DNA from: an uncultured Eubacterium sp.
Lineage (GTDB): Bacteria; Bacillota; Clostridia; Lachnospirales; Lachnospiraceae
Length of the DNA: 64,000 bases
Direction of reading: 5' to 3'
NCBI GenBank assembly: GCA_910584245.1
Contig: CAJTZF010000006.1
Location: forward strand, 86,666 to 150,665
Part shown: positions 48,553-58,704 of the stretch, one piece after another
Layout of the letters: every line of letters starts with the position of its first letter
How positions within the stretch are numbered: the stretch's first letter is position 1
Translations under genes and position numbers: made by a program
Notes under the pieces: model-generated
Database searches by the model: none
The model's input: only the letters and a program-made list of their open reading frames with translations
Told to the model about the DNA's origin: nothing

Positions 48553-50373
48553 TTACAGACGCACCTTGTACGTGATCAACGCTTCAAATTCCTTATGATA
48601 GTTCAAAAAACTATCCATTTCATCATAGCTGCCTTCCAATATAATCACAATTTGCTTTTGGTATTTTCGGATCAGATTACTCAAATCCTGAACACTGTGG
48701 CTGGACAGTGACGGCGCCTCCGTAATATACATACAGCCGCCAATAAATTTTTCCGCCCACTCGTCCAGATTGACTTCATCCAATTTGTCAGAACTGATTT
48801 TTCCGATATTCTTTGCCTCAAAATAGCCGATCTTCTTTAACTCTTTCGAAAGTTTTTTGGCAACTGCCAGGGCAATTCCACTGGCACCGCCCGTCAGGGC
48901 AAAATTCATAACTCCATCCTGCTGGTGTATTTTATAAATGGTGCCTTTCAACGTATTATAATGAATGCCATTTTTCGACACCTGCTCCACGATATCCTCC
49001 GTCAGGGAAGATATCCCCAGCGGATGGCTCTTTGTCTCACGCGCCTGGCTGGCCGGCTGCATAACGCGATTTGCTGCTGCTTTATCCACTGGAACTATCG
49101 TTTCCCGCGTAACTGCCGCCTGCGTCCCCGCGTCCACTTCCAGCGGACGCACCTCATTTTGATGCTCATTTATTTCCCGAAGTTTCTCCTCTAAGGATTC
49201 CACAGGAAAACCAGAGGCAGTATTCCCGAGATTGAGCTTCTCCCTATTCTCCACTTGCAAATCCGGATTTGCAGCACGATGCCCATTCCCGCCTGCCGCT
49301 TCCCTGCCATGCGCAGACGAAGAGTCCGCATCCGGCTTCTGTTCTTCCACATCCAGGCTCTCTTCGAGAACGGCATCTTCCTCAAACATATCCAAATCAA
49401 TCTTAAAATAATTCACAAGACGCTTTAAAAAGCCCGACTTGTGCTCCGAATCCTCTTCCTCCCCAGCTTCCTCCCGCGAAGCTGCGCTATGCTCCACGAT
49501 GCCTTCATCCGGCAGAGGCTCGCTTTCCACCAAAGGCTGCCTGGCTGGCGCTACGCCCTCTTCCTCACGCGCTGGTGCATAGGAGAGTGTCTCTTCTTTT
49601 CTATCGTCTGTCTTCTCTTGCTCTGCTGCCGCTACGTTTTCTTCCTCACGCGCTGGCGCATAGGAGAGCTCCTTTTCTTTCTCCCTGGGTTGTGCTGATA
49701 TAATGTCCTCTACGTGGACTGGCGCATAGGCAAAGGATACCGTTTCTTCCGGATCTACCTTCTCCGGCTCAGGAATGCGGTCAACCAACGGCTTTGTCCA
49801 CGCCGGACTCATACATCTCTGTTTTAATTCTTTTGCCTTTTCTACAATTTTACCCGTTCCAAACCAGCATACGATACGGTCGCACTCCTGTATGCACTTC
49901 TCCCGCAAGCCTTCCATCTCATAAAGCTTGGCAAGCTGAAACCCCCACTCCTCCGTGTACTCATCTCTCTTTAAATGCTCCAGTATGTCAATCAGTTTTG
50001 TCCTGGGCGCCCCCTCCGCCTTTGCCAGACGATAGTGAAGCACATAAGTGTCCAGCGTAACGCCTGCGACCACCTCATACGTGAGATAAAGCTCCCTCGC
50101 CTCCTCGACATCCCCCATTTCGATGACAAGCATCAGTAACCGGTATAAAGCTGGTCTCGAAGCGGTTCGGTTATAAACAATATAATACAGTTTTTTCGCC
50201 ATGTCCATTTTCTCTGCTTTGAGGAACACGTCCGCAAACAAATACAAATCAGATATTGATGGAATGCTCTCAAAATCTAAATCTTCAATCTCTTCCATGG
50301 CCTTTAAATACTGATGCTGCTCAACCAAGTTCCGAACCTGCGCGCATCTTACTGCCGTATCATATCTGCCCAT
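48553..50373 (-). CDS. Hypothetical protein: N-terminal TPR-like region, acidic linker, C-terminal degenerate AAA-like domain
   Basis: Helical repeats with EEWGFQLAKLY..CIQECD; NFALTGGASG and GGCMYITEA resemble decayed Walker A/B. Confidence 0.7.
   Translation of the reverse strand: MGRYDTAVRCAQVRNLVEQHQYLKAMEEIEDLDFESIPSISDLYLFADVFLKAEKMDMAKKLYYIVYNRTASRPALYRLLMLVIEMGDVEEARELYLTYEVVAGVTLDTYVLHYRLAKAEGAPRTKLIDILEHLKRDEYTEEWGFQLAKLYEMEGLREKCIQECDRIVCWFGTGKIVEKAKELKQRCMSPAWTKPLVDRIPEPEKVDPEETVSFAYAPVHVEDIISAQPREKEKELSYAPAREEENVAAAEQEKTDDRKEETLSYAPAREEEGVAPARQPLVESEPLPDEGIVEHSAASREEAGEEEDSEHKSGFLKRLVNYFKIDLDMFEEDAVLEESLDVEEQKPDADSSSAHGREAAGGNGHRAANPDLQVENREKLNLGNTASGFPVESLEEKLREINEHQNEVRPLEVDAGTQAAVTRETIVPVDKAAANRVMQPASQARETKSHPLGISSLTEDIVEQVSKNGIHYNTLKGTIYKIHQQDGVMNFALTGGASGIALAVAKKLSKELKKIGYFEAKNIGKISSDKLDEVNLDEWAEKFIGGCMYITEAPSLSSHSVQDLSNLIRKYQKQIVIILEGSYDEMDSFLNYHKEFEALITYKVRL
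49561..49668. repeat. 27-bp direct repeat inside the CDS (LSYAPAREE x2)
   Basis: TTCCTCACGCGCTGG(T/C)GCATAGGAGAG at 49561 and 49642. Confidence 0.85.
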
Positions 50374-50416
50374 AACAACCTCTTTTTCCTTAAATATCCA
50401 AACACGTATTTCTCAA

Positions 50417-52741
50417 TCAACCCGTCAAATACTCTGACGTCTTTTGAAGCTCTTCTGGAATATCTATTCCTTCTCGTTCAAATTTATGAATCAGCATATC
50501 AATTGTTTTTCTCGCCGCCCGGTTTTCCATCACATATTTTTTCGCTGCCTCCGCATAAATCGTCTGTCCCTCGATGGCCTTATAGAGCGGATCGGAAAGC
50601 GGACAATAGGTAAATAGAATCGTCCTTGCCACGCGGCTGAGCTTCATCGCACCCCTGGATTCCCGGAGTATCCAGTCCGCATAATCCCTGGCAAATACCT
50701 CTTTATGCTTATTATTGCACTGCTGGAGCTGCGCCCGTATTTTCGTCTTTCTGTCCTGCGTCAGCTCGCTGTTCTTTCGGTAAAACTGAAGATAGTCACT
50801 ATATTCACTCGTAAGGGACGGATATCGGAAATCATTCCACCGGTTCCCCATGTCCGTCCTGCACTTTTCCCAACGGAATGCCGCGAGCAGCCGAACCATT
50901 TCCTGATCGAGATCCTTCTCGAATAAAATCGGCATAAAAAATCTTCCCTTCGAGTTCCGCTTTTTCCCGGCAATATCCTGCCACATCTGGCAGTTCTTTC
51001 CATATACCGGAAACAAAATAACGTCTGGCACTATGCGGTCAATCACCGTGGCTTTTACGTCGCCGAGCTTTTCGTAAGAAGCCATCCTCTCGCGGTAGAA
51101 AACGGAATAATCAACCTCCTCAACCTTTTTCACCGCCGCATTTATTTTCTCCTCCGTCAAATAAGAATTACTTATATTGTTGAAAATCCCATCGGAACAT
51201 AAAATCGGCACAAAGGCGCTTATGTTTCCACTTATGATCTTATCTCCATAGCGAAGCATATTTTTGCATTCAAACTGCAGCCGCTTTCCTTTGTCCGCCA
51301 GCTCCCTCGGTAAATCCTTTTTCTCAAGTCTCTTTTCTTTTATTTGCTCACGCAAAGACGCCTCATAGTCAAGATCAAATTCGTTTTTAGACGTCTCCTT
51401 CACCCCGTCGTAAACGGCCTTCAGCCATTTCCTCATCGTGTAGACACGGCATCCGTCCTCCTCCGCATACTTGACCGGGCGCAGCGACACAAGCGTCTGA
51501 AGCTCTTCCTCTGTCAAAAGTTTCTCACTGACAAAACCAAAATTCAAAAATAATTTTACAGCCAGCGGCAGAGATTTATCTTCAAAACTTTTCAGCACAA
51601 CGGCCTCATAGATTTCAAAAAAGCCAGTTGTAAGTTCTTTTCGAAGTTTCATTAGCTCCGGCGTTTTGGCAAACTTATCTGGAAGCTTCCTAAATGCCTC
51701 CACATTTTCAATAAAATCACTTTTCACCTTGACATGTATAGGGGCGTAATCCGTAATCTGTTCCAGCGAATTACAGAGCACTTCCACTCCGGGAGTATCC
51801 AACTCCTCCATCCCCTCTTCCGCCACGCTCTCCCCTGAGAGCAGGGCAAAATACAACCGCTCCATTCTCTCTCGGTCAAGCTGTATTTTCATACCGACCT
51901 TCTCAATCAAGAATACTTCCATATCGTTGATTCTCTCTACGATATCATCGACCGCCTTATCAACCAGCGCATTTTTTATCCCCTTTTCCGACATCGAAAG
52001 CGCAAGCTTGGCGACCATATGAAATAAACTATCCTCATCCATGACCAGGCCCCGGAAATATTTAAACAAGTTCTGTCCATACACGCGGCAGGCGTGGACA
52101 AGAGAATCAATTACCTGGCACTGCTCCCGGTAATGGCGCACAGCGATATAGGCGCTGGCGCTAAAATATTTTTTCTGCGCTTCAATCGGAACTGCCGTGC
52201 ACTGGCGGTAATATTCCGTGTGCTCGGACAGATCGATGGCCTCGGAATTCTGGGTAATATTCTCAATCTTCTTCTGGTAAGACGCCGTATCAATGCTGAT
52301 TCCACTACTTTTTCCGACTTCCTCACACAGCAGACATTTCTGGCTCATAAATTCAGATAGTGAATCAATCTCTTTTTTAAACTGGGTCAGGTGTTTGAGC
52401 AGGTCCACAATAAAAAAATTGAGGGACGTCACAAGAAGCCCACAGTACTCCGGTTTTACCTTCAATAAATTTTCTACGCTCTCCAACCCCTTCACGGCAA
52501 GAACGTAGACGGACGCATCGTCCTTCGCTGTGTAAGTAAACGTATGGCTCCCTCTCTCGACATCACATATGCCAAGAAAATTCCCCGAACTCAGCACGGT
52601 GCCCACACCGTCCGTAACGGCTTCCACCCGTCCCTTAACTAAAAGCGCGATCGAATCAACGGCATCGCCCTTTTCATATAAAACATCTCCACTGCTTAGA
52701 GAATTCATACTGTTTGCTGTAATCTGCACTTTATTTTCCAT
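50417..52741 (-). CDS. Large protein with N-terminal cyclic-nucleotide-binding-like domain
   Basis: GDVLYEKGD..IALLVKGRV..LSSGNFLGI..FTYTA; long C-terminal region of unknown function. Confidence 0.75.
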   Translation of the reverse strand: MENKVQITANSMNSLSSGDVLYEKGDAVDSIALLVKGRVEAVTDGVGTVLSSGNFLGICDVERGSHTFTYTAKDDASVYVLAVKGLESVENLLKVKPEYCGLLVTSLNFFIVDLLKHLTQFKKEIDSLSEFMSQKCLLCEEVGKSSGISIDTASYQKKIENITQNSEAIDLSEHTEYYRQCTAVPIEAQKKYFSASAYIAVRHYREQCQVIDSLVHACRVYGQNLFKYFRGLVMDEDSLFHMVAKLALSMSEKGIKNALVDKAVDDIVERINDMEVFLIEKVGMKIQLDRERMERLYFALLSGESVAEEGMEELDTPGVEVLCNSLEQITDYAPIHVKVKSDFIENVEAFRKLPDKFAKTPELMKLRKELTTGFFEIYEAVVLKSFEDKSLPLAVKLFLNFGFVSEKLLTEEELQTLVSLRPVKYAEEDGCRVYTMRKWLKAVYDGVKETSKNEFDLDYEASLREQIKEKRLEKKDLPRELADKGKRLQFECKNMLRYGDKIISGNISAFVPILCSDGIFNNISNSYLTEEKINAAVKKVEEVDYSVFYRERMASYEKLGDVKATVIDRIVPDVILFPVYGKNCQMWQDIAGKKRNSKGRFFMPILFEKDLDQEMVRLLAAFRWEKCRTDMGNRWNDFRYPSLTSEYSDYLQFYRKNSELTQDRKTKIRAQLQQCNNKHKEVFARDYADWILRESRGAMKLSRVARTILFTYCPLSDPLYKAIEGQTIYAEAAKKYVMENRAARKTIDMLIHKFEREGIDIPEELQKTSEYLTG

Positions 52742-52784
52742 CCTGTAACCCTCTTTATATGTACTATCAACGTAAATAATAAAA

Positions 52785-53050
52785 TCCGTGCATCTTGCTT
52801 CGAATCATTCTCAGTAGACGTTACCTTCACAGTTAACTCGATTCAGGCACCCTTACGGCACACAGAAGGATTTGCTTAGTGCTGCTTCATTCCTGACCTG
52901 ACACGGTTCACAAGTTTCTGTTGCGTAAGACCCAAATGTCAACGCCACTTATAAAGGGCAGCTCTCTTTCAAAAGACCCTAGGCAAGACAACACCCCTGC
53001 TATAGCGGATTGCAGGTACAGGGCACCGCTATCTCCCCGGCTGCACGGAA
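52785..53050 (-). ncRNA. ffs: Signal recognition particle RNA, large Bacillus type
   Basis: Alu domain GGGGAGATAGCGGTGCCCTGTACCTGCAATCCGCT; GTGTCAGGTCAGGAATGAAGCAGCAC; paired ends TCCGTGCA/TGCACGGA. Confidence 0.95.
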
Positions 53051-53092
53051 ATCTTAACAAATATAATAAGTGAGTATTTCCCACTTAGAACA

Positions 53093-53121
53093 AGTATAAA
53101 TGTTTTTTACTCACATGTCAA
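53093..53121 (-). promoter_or_regulatory. sigmaA promoter of ffs
   Basis: TTGACA-17bp-TATACT. Confidence 0.85.
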
Positions 53122-53128
53122 GATTTTC

Positions 53129-53156
53129 ACATTTAAAAAACGAATGACATATATTG
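53129..53156 (+). promoter_or_regulatory. sigmaK-like promoter of dpaAB
   Basis: ACA-16bp-CATATATTG; spoVF is sigmaK-dependent in B. subtilis. Confidence 0.5.
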
Positions 53157-53185
53157 TTCATAAGTATTCATGGAGGGAGCCAAAT

Positions 53186-53989
53186 ATGCAATTACCCATC
53201 ACAATTTTGCCCGGCGATAAACGAATGGAATATACGGCCGAGAGCCTGGAAAAAAGGGGCGGGAAGATGTGCTCCTCCCTCGCTGTCATTCCGGATTCGG
53301 GCTACGTCGTCTGCGGCATCCCGTTTACAAAGGACGGGATAATGGTAAATATTACCACATCTGACCCACCATCCATCCGATGCTTTTTAGGAATGCTTAC
53401 CAGCCGCCACATACTGATTGGAGGAAACCTTCCAAAAGCCGTCGTCACCTACTGCACAAATCACGGCATTAAATATTACGATGTGACGGCGTCCCCGAGT
53501 TTTGTCTCGAAAAATGCACGCTTAACGGCCGAGGGACTTTTGATCCCGCTGCTATCCCACACCTCATTTTCCATCTGCGACTGCAAAACGCTCCTCATCG
53601 GATACGGAAATTGCGGGAGGGAAATCGCAGACATTCTTCAACTATTTACAGAAGAACTCTACATTTACGATATTAATTCTTATACTATGAAGGCTGCAAA
53701 ATCCAAACACTTAAAGACCATCTCCGAACAGGAAATACAAAACCTATCTCCCAAATTACGCCATATAAATACAATTATAAATACTTCGCCTGTAAATCCT
53801 TTTCATACCCGGATATGGGGAAGCTTCCCGGAGGACTGTACGGTTTTCAATATCGCCTCTTTCTCCCTGAACGTTCCTCTGCCGATTTCGGAACAGATTA
53901 TCAACTGTCCAGGAATCCCCGGAAAATATGCACCTAAGACAGCTGGCAACATTATTGCGAAAGAAATCTGCGAGCATTTTAAATTATAA
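53186..53989 (+). CDS. dpaA: Dipicolinate synthase subunit A (divergent)
   Basis: GDKR, NARLTAEG, IGYGNCG, PGIPGKYAPKTAG; directly upstream of dpaB. Confidence 0.82.
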   Translation: MQLPITILPGDKRMEYTAESLEKRGGKMCSSLAVIPDSGYVVCGIPFTKDGIMVNITTSDPPSIRCFLGMLTSRHILIGGNLPKAVVTYCTNHGIKYYDVTASPSFVSKNARLTAEGLLIPLLSHTSFSICDCKTLLIGYGNCGREIADILQLFTEELYIYDINSYTMKAAKSKHLKTISEQEIQNLSPKLRHINTIINTSPVNPFHTRIWGSFPEDCTVFNIASFSLNVPLPISEQIINCPGIPGKYAPKTAGNIIAKEICEHFKL

Positions 53990-54013
53990 AATATTTTAGA
54001 AAGGATTATTATT

Positions 54014-54613
54014 ATGTCAATGGATTTTACAAATAAAAATATCGGCATCGCGATTACCGGATCCTACTGCACATACAAAAAAGTGTTTGATGAGCTAAAA
54101 AACCTGGCGGCGACCGATGCCAACCTGTACCCTATTTTTTCCGATCACGCTTCCACCACAGACAGCCGGTTTGGAAATTGTGAGGACTTCTTAAAAAAAG
54201 CGGAGGAAATCACCGGAAGAAAGCCTATTACAACGATCCCGGATGCGGAACCCATCGGCCCGAACGCCTTATTTGACATACTTGTTATCGCCCCGTGTAC
54301 CGGAAATACCTTGTCCAAATTGGCAAACGGCATCTCCGACACGCCGGTTCTCATGGCGGCCAAGGCACATTTGAGAAACAACCGCCCCCTGGTAGTCGCC
54401 CTCTCGACAAATGACGCCCTTGGAATGAATTTAAAAAATATCGGTATCCTATTAAATACAAAAAATATTTATTTCATACCTTTTGGGCAGGATAACTATA
54501 AGACGAAGCCAAATTCCATGATCGCACATATCGAGCTATTGTGTGATACAATCGAGCAGGCGCTGCAGGGAAAACAGCTTCAGCCCGTCATTCAGGGGCC
54601 TTGCCCCAGTTAA
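54014..54613 (+). CDS. dpaB: Dipicolinate synthase subunit B
   Basis: ITGSYCT, AEPIGP, APCTGNT, KAHLRN, PFGQD, QLQP. Confidence 0.95.
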   Translation: MSMDFTNKNIGIAITGSYCTYKKVFDELKNLAATDANLYPIFSDHASTTDSRFGNCEDFLKKAEEITGRKPITTIPDAEPIGPNALFDILVIAPCTGNTLSKLANGISDTPVLMAAKAHLRNNRPLVVALSTNDALGMNLKNIGILLNTKNIYFIPFGQDNYKTKPNSMIAHIELLCDTIEQALQGKQLQPVIQGPCPS

Positions 54614-54705
54614 AAAAGGTGCGGCGGATAACCGCATCGTCTCCTATATCTGTGCCCTGGGGGCGCAGAACTTATTAATAAAATTAAGTGAAAAGAGGAA
54701 AAAAT

Positions 54706-56589
54706 ATGTGTGGCATTGCCGGTTTTTATCAGAATAAATACGATTTTTTGTCTTCCAATTATGGTGGCCGAACCCACAAAAATAAGTGGTACAGCCGGCT
54801 GGTACAAATGAAACAAAGTCTGGCACACAGGGGCCCCGATGATGAGCACGTCGTTTTATTTCACCATGCCGGGTTTGCCCATACCCGGTTGTCCATCCGG
54901 GACATTCAGGGCGGTGTGCAGCCTATGACCTGTTCTTACCAGGGCACGACAGCAACGATTGTTTATAATGGAGAAATCTACAACACCGCCGAGCTCAGGC
55001 AAAAGCTTTCTGCTTATCCGCTCCAGTGGAACACGACTGGTGACACTGAAGTCATTTTGAATGGCTTTCTCGCTATGGGAACATCATTTTTTGAAGAGTT
55101 AAACGGTATTTTTGCATTTGCAATTTACGTTGAAAAAACGGGAACGCTCATCTTAGTGAGAGACCCTCTCGGGGTAAAACCACTTTTTTATCAAATACAA
55201 AACGACACATTGGTGTTTGCTTCCGAACCGAAGGCTATTTTCGCTTATGGCATTGATCCCAGCGCCGACCACAGCTGCTGGAATGAAATTTTCAGTCTGG
55301 GGCCGGCCAGAACTCCTGGAAACGGGGGCTTTGCCCAAATGAAGGAAGTTTTACCGGGCAAATATGTAACGCTCACTCCCCGCCCCTCGTCTCCTTTTTT
55401 CCACTTCAAAGAAGAAAGTTTTTGGTCGCTAAAGGCACGTCCCCATACCGATTCCTATTTAGAAACGGTAGAAAAGGTGAGCTGGCTCATCGAAGACAGC
55501 ATTGAACGCCAGATGGTTTCCGACATTCCGATCTGTTGCTTTCTCTCTGGCGGCCTTGACAGCTCCCTGGTATCCGCCGTATGCCAAAGTAAGCTAAAAC
55601 AACGGGACCGTGTTTTGAACACCTTTTCCTTTGATTTCAAGGATAATACGAAAAACTTCCGGGCCAATTCCTTTCAATCCTCACTAGACCGCCCTTATGC
55701 CGAGCAAATGGCAAAATACATCGGCAGCAACCACACATTCCTGGAATGCAACAATCAAATACAGGCTGATTACCTGTATAAAGCTGTGGATGCGAGAGAT
55801 TTTCCCTGTATGGCAGACGTGGAATCCTCCATGCTGTATTTCTGCGAACAGGTGTCAAAGACAAACCAGGTGGCACTGACGGGAGAATGCGCGGACGAAA
55901 TATTCGGAGGATACCCGTGGTTCCACGACGAAAATCTTTGGAGCAAGCATACATTCCCGTGGTCCTGGGATATGGATGCCCGGAAAGCTCTCCTTGATGA
56001 CGATTTTGCGTCGTCTCTGCATATGGAAGACTATTCACAGCGCGCCTATATGGATACCATTGAGAGCACGCCTCATTTAAGCGACGACACCCCGCAGGAA
56101 GCCAGACGCAGGGAAATTGCCTGGCTGAATATCCGCTGGTTTATGATGACATTGTTAAACCGCATGGACCGAGCAAGTATGTATTCCGGACTGGAAGCGC
56201 GGGTTCCTTTCGCCGATCACCGGATACTGGATTATGTGTACAGTATTCCCTGGCACATGAAATGTTACAACGGACAGACAAAAAGCCTCCTTGTGGAGGC
56301 AGGAAAACCATTTTTGCCGGACTCCGTATTATACCGGAAAAAGAGTCCATATCCGAAAACATACGATCCGGCCTATGAGCAACTACTGGCTGACCGGCTT
56401 CTGGAGATGGTAAATGAAACCAATTCCCCTCTGACCGGCATTATTGATAAAAAGAAACTTTCACATTTCCTTCACACGCCGAGCGACTATGGAAAGCCGT
56501 GGTACGGCCAACTCATGGCAGGGCCGCAGATGCTTGCCTACTTTTTGCAGGTCGGCTACTGGATTCGGAACTACTCCATTTCTTTGTGA
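54706..56589 (+). CDS. asnB: Asparagine synthase (glutamine-hydrolysing)
   Basis: MCGIAG, HRGPD, NGEIYN, LSGGLDSS, GECADE, EARVPF. Confidence 0.93.
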   Translation: MCGIAGFYQNKYDFLSSNYGGRTHKNKWYSRLVQMKQSLAHRGPDDEHVVLFHHAGFAHTRLSIRDIQGGVQPMTCSYQGTTATIVYNGEIYNTAELRQKLSAYPLQWNTTGDTEVILNGFLAMGTSFFEELNGIFAFAIYVEKTGTLILVRDPLGVKPLFYQIQNDTLVFASEPKAIFAYGIDPSADHSCWNEIFSLGPARTPGNGGFAQMKEVLPGKYVTLTPRPSSPFFHFKEESFWSLKARPHTDSYLETVEKVSWLIEDSIERQMVSDIPICCFLSGGLDSSLVSAVCQSKLKQRDRVLNTFSFDFKDNTKNFRANSFQSSLDRPYAEQMAKYIGSNHTFLECNNQIQADYLYKAVDARDFPCMADVESSMLYFCEQVSKTNQVALTGECADEIFGGYPWFHDENLWSKHTFPWSWDMDARKALLDDDFASSLHMEDYSQRAYMDTIESTPHLSDDTPQEARRREIAWLNIRWFMMTLLNRMDRASMYSGLEARVPFADHRILDYVYSIPWHMKCYNGQTKSLLVEAGKPFLPDSVLYRKKSPYPKTYDPAYEQLLADRLLEMVNETNSPLTGIIDKKKLSHFLHTPSDYGKPWYGQLMAGPQMLAYFLQVGYWIRNYSISL

Positions 56590-57626
56590 ACACAGACCAT
56601 ACCGTCCGAAAATGAAGATGGCGGAAGCTCAATTTCATTTAGCCAGTACCCAAAATCCCCGAGCCTTTCCGCCTTCTTCTGAATGCCCTTGAAACGCCCG
56701 AATCCAAACATGTCTGCCAAATACTTATCCCTTCTGTGAAATTGTCCCGGAATACCGACATAAATGCGGTTGCCAATCCGTGCCAGAATAAGATGGCGGT
56801 AATTGTAATAGCCCTGCAAAAGAAATGTATTGCTTCCCATGTGCCAGTACGCTTTCGGAAAATCTGAAAAATCCCTTGGTGAAATCTGCACACACATTTC
56901 CATCTCGTCATCCTCGAAGGGATACATATTCGGATGATTGGCAAACAGTTTCCGAAACATAAACGCCACATCATGCTCCTCCTCGAGTTCAACCTCGACC
57001 ATTTCTTCCTCTTCTGGCTGCTCCTCTTCTTGTTTTTTCTCCGCCGGCGTTTCCACAATCGGCTCCTTATCCGCCGGCCGCTCCTCTTCTGGTTTTTCTT
57101 CTGGTTTTTCTTCCGCTATTTTTCTCTCCGCTGGACGCTCTTCCACTAGTTCTATGTCCTGCGCTTTCTGTTGGGGCATTTCCTGCCCTGCACGTTCTAT
57201 TTCTTCTGTCTCCGCCGCCGTCAGGTTCTCCCAAACCCGCTCTGTTTTCTTTTCTCTCTCGGACTTGACATAATCCATCACACGAATGGACTCATCCTCT
57301 GTGCCGGCACAAATGACGTAGCTCTCCCCGCCTATGATCACACCCGCGAGCTCTCCCTTGAGCATTCCCGCCCCGCTCATCACTTTTGACATCGTGATAT
57401 CGGTTTTGTCCTCGGTTATTGTGCCAAAAAACACCTTATTTACCGCACTCTTATCCTTGTCCAGCAAATAAATTTTCTCACTGCTTAACATCCGTTTTTC
57501 AGATAAGCTAATGTCTACTTTCAGCTTCTCTTTCCGCTTCGACAGCTTGGCGAAACCGACATTTCTGCCACGCGAGCCAACATCGGTATATTCATATAAA
57601 TATATTATTTTACGAAAATAGCTCAA
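56571..57626 (-). CDS. DUF6128-like hypothetical protein with acidic linker
   Basis: YLYEY..RNVGFAK N-terminus; NTFLLQGYYNYRHL..GIPG..ADMFGF..FGYW C-terminus; TTG after GGAGGAGG. Confidence 0.7.
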   Translation of the reverse strand: MSYFRKIIYLYEYTDVGSRGRNVGFAKLSKRKEKLKVDISLSEKRMLSSEKIYLLDKDKSAVNKVFFGTITEDKTDITMSKVMSGAGMLKGELAGVIIGGESYVICAGTEDESIRVMDYVKSEREKKTERVWENLTAAETEEIERAGQEMPQQKAQDIELVEERPAERKIAEEKPEEKPEEERPADKEPIVETPAEKKQEEEQPEEEEMVEVELEEEHDVAFMFRKLFANHPNMYPFEDDEMEMCVQISPRDFSDFPKAYWHMGSNTFLLQGYYNYRHLILARIGNRIYVGIPGQFHRRDKYLADMFGFGRFKGIQKKAERLGDFGYWLNEIELPPSSFSDGMVCVHKEME

Positions 57627-57714
57627 AACAAATGACCCTCCTCCATAAACTTGTCTTTCTAAAACAAGTATATGAAAGAAGGCCAGAAAAAGAACTGATT
57701 CAAATTTGTAATTT

Positions 57715-58692
57715 TTATGCAAGAGCCGCTGTCACAATTGCCATCGAATATACTTCACTTGCATTGCATCCCCTGGATAAATCATTAATCGGCGCGTTTA
57801 ATCCAAGCAAAATCGGGCCATATGCCTCAAATCCTCCCAGACGCTGCGCAATTTTATAACCAATATTGCCTGCATTGATATCAGGGAAAATAAACGTATT
57901 GGCATATCCGGCCACTTGTGAATCCGGACACTTTGTCCTAGCCACGCGGGGAGATACCGCGGCGTCAAACTGAATCTCTCCTTCAATCGGAAGATTAGGA
58001 GCAGCCTTCTTCGTCTTCTCCGCTGCATTTCTCATTTTATCTACTTCTTCACCCGCGCCGGATCCGTGTGTGGAATAACTCAAAAACGCAAGCTGCGGAT
58101 CTACACCAAAGATCTTAGCACATTCAGCCAGCTCAAGGGCAATCTCCACCAGCTCATCCTCATTTGGCTTAATATTAATCGCACAGTCTCCCATCGCGAG
58201 CACAGCATTTTCTCCTGTGGCCGATGGACGGACTAAAATAAAGCAAGAAGAAACAATCGAGTTTTGCGGTTTTGTCTTAATAATTTGCAGTGCGGGACGT
58301 ACCGTATCCGCCGTGGAATAAGTAGCGCCTCCGAGCAGCGCATCCGCCTTTCCCATTTTTACAAGCATCGTACCAAAATAATTCGCCTGGGACAAAAGCC
58401 CTTTCGCCTTCTCCGGCGTCATTCCCTTATTTTTTCGAATCTCACAGAAAAGATCTACCATCTCATCAAAGTCTTCAAAATGAAGGGGATCTATAATCTC
58501 TGCCCCCCGGATATTAAAACCGCTTTCCTCTGCCGACGCCGCTATCTCCGCCGGATCACCAACTAAGATCGGAGAGAGGAACGTACTGGCAAGAAGACGC
58601 GAGGAAGCCTCGAGAATACGCGGATCACTGCCCTCTGTAAATACGATTTTTTTCGGATTCTTTTTTAAAATATTAATCAGCTGACCAAACAT
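57715..58692 (-). CDS. pta: Phosphate acetyltransferase
   Basis: TADTVRPALQ, DCA, LSYSTHGS, GEIQFDAA, FPDINAGNIGYK, NDLSRG. Confidence 0.95.
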   Translation of the reverse strand: MFGQLINILKKNPKKIVFTEGSDPRILEASSRLLASTFLSPILVGDPAEIAASAEESGFNIRGAEIIDPLHFEDFDEMVDLFCEIRKNKGMTPEKAKGLLSQANYFGTMLVKMGKADALLGGATYSTADTVRPALQIIKTKPQNSIVSSCFILVRPSATGENAVLAMGDCAINIKPNEDELVEIALELAECAKIFGVDPQLAFLSYSTHGSGAGEEVDKMRNAAEKTKKAAPNLPIEGEIQFDAAVSPRVARTKCPDSQVAGYANTFIFPDINAGNIGYKIAQRLGGFEAYGPILLGLNAPINDLSRGCNASEVYSMAIVTAALA

Positions 58693-58704
58693 GTTTTTCC
58701 TCCA

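Noticed and set aside
52890..52915. SRP helix 8 reads TCA-GGAA-TGA rather than TCC-GGAA-GGA
   Set aside because: Compensatory base-pair change; ordinary variation
57085..57115. Short 12-bp tandem repeat (EEKP)
   Set aside because: Low-complexity linker only
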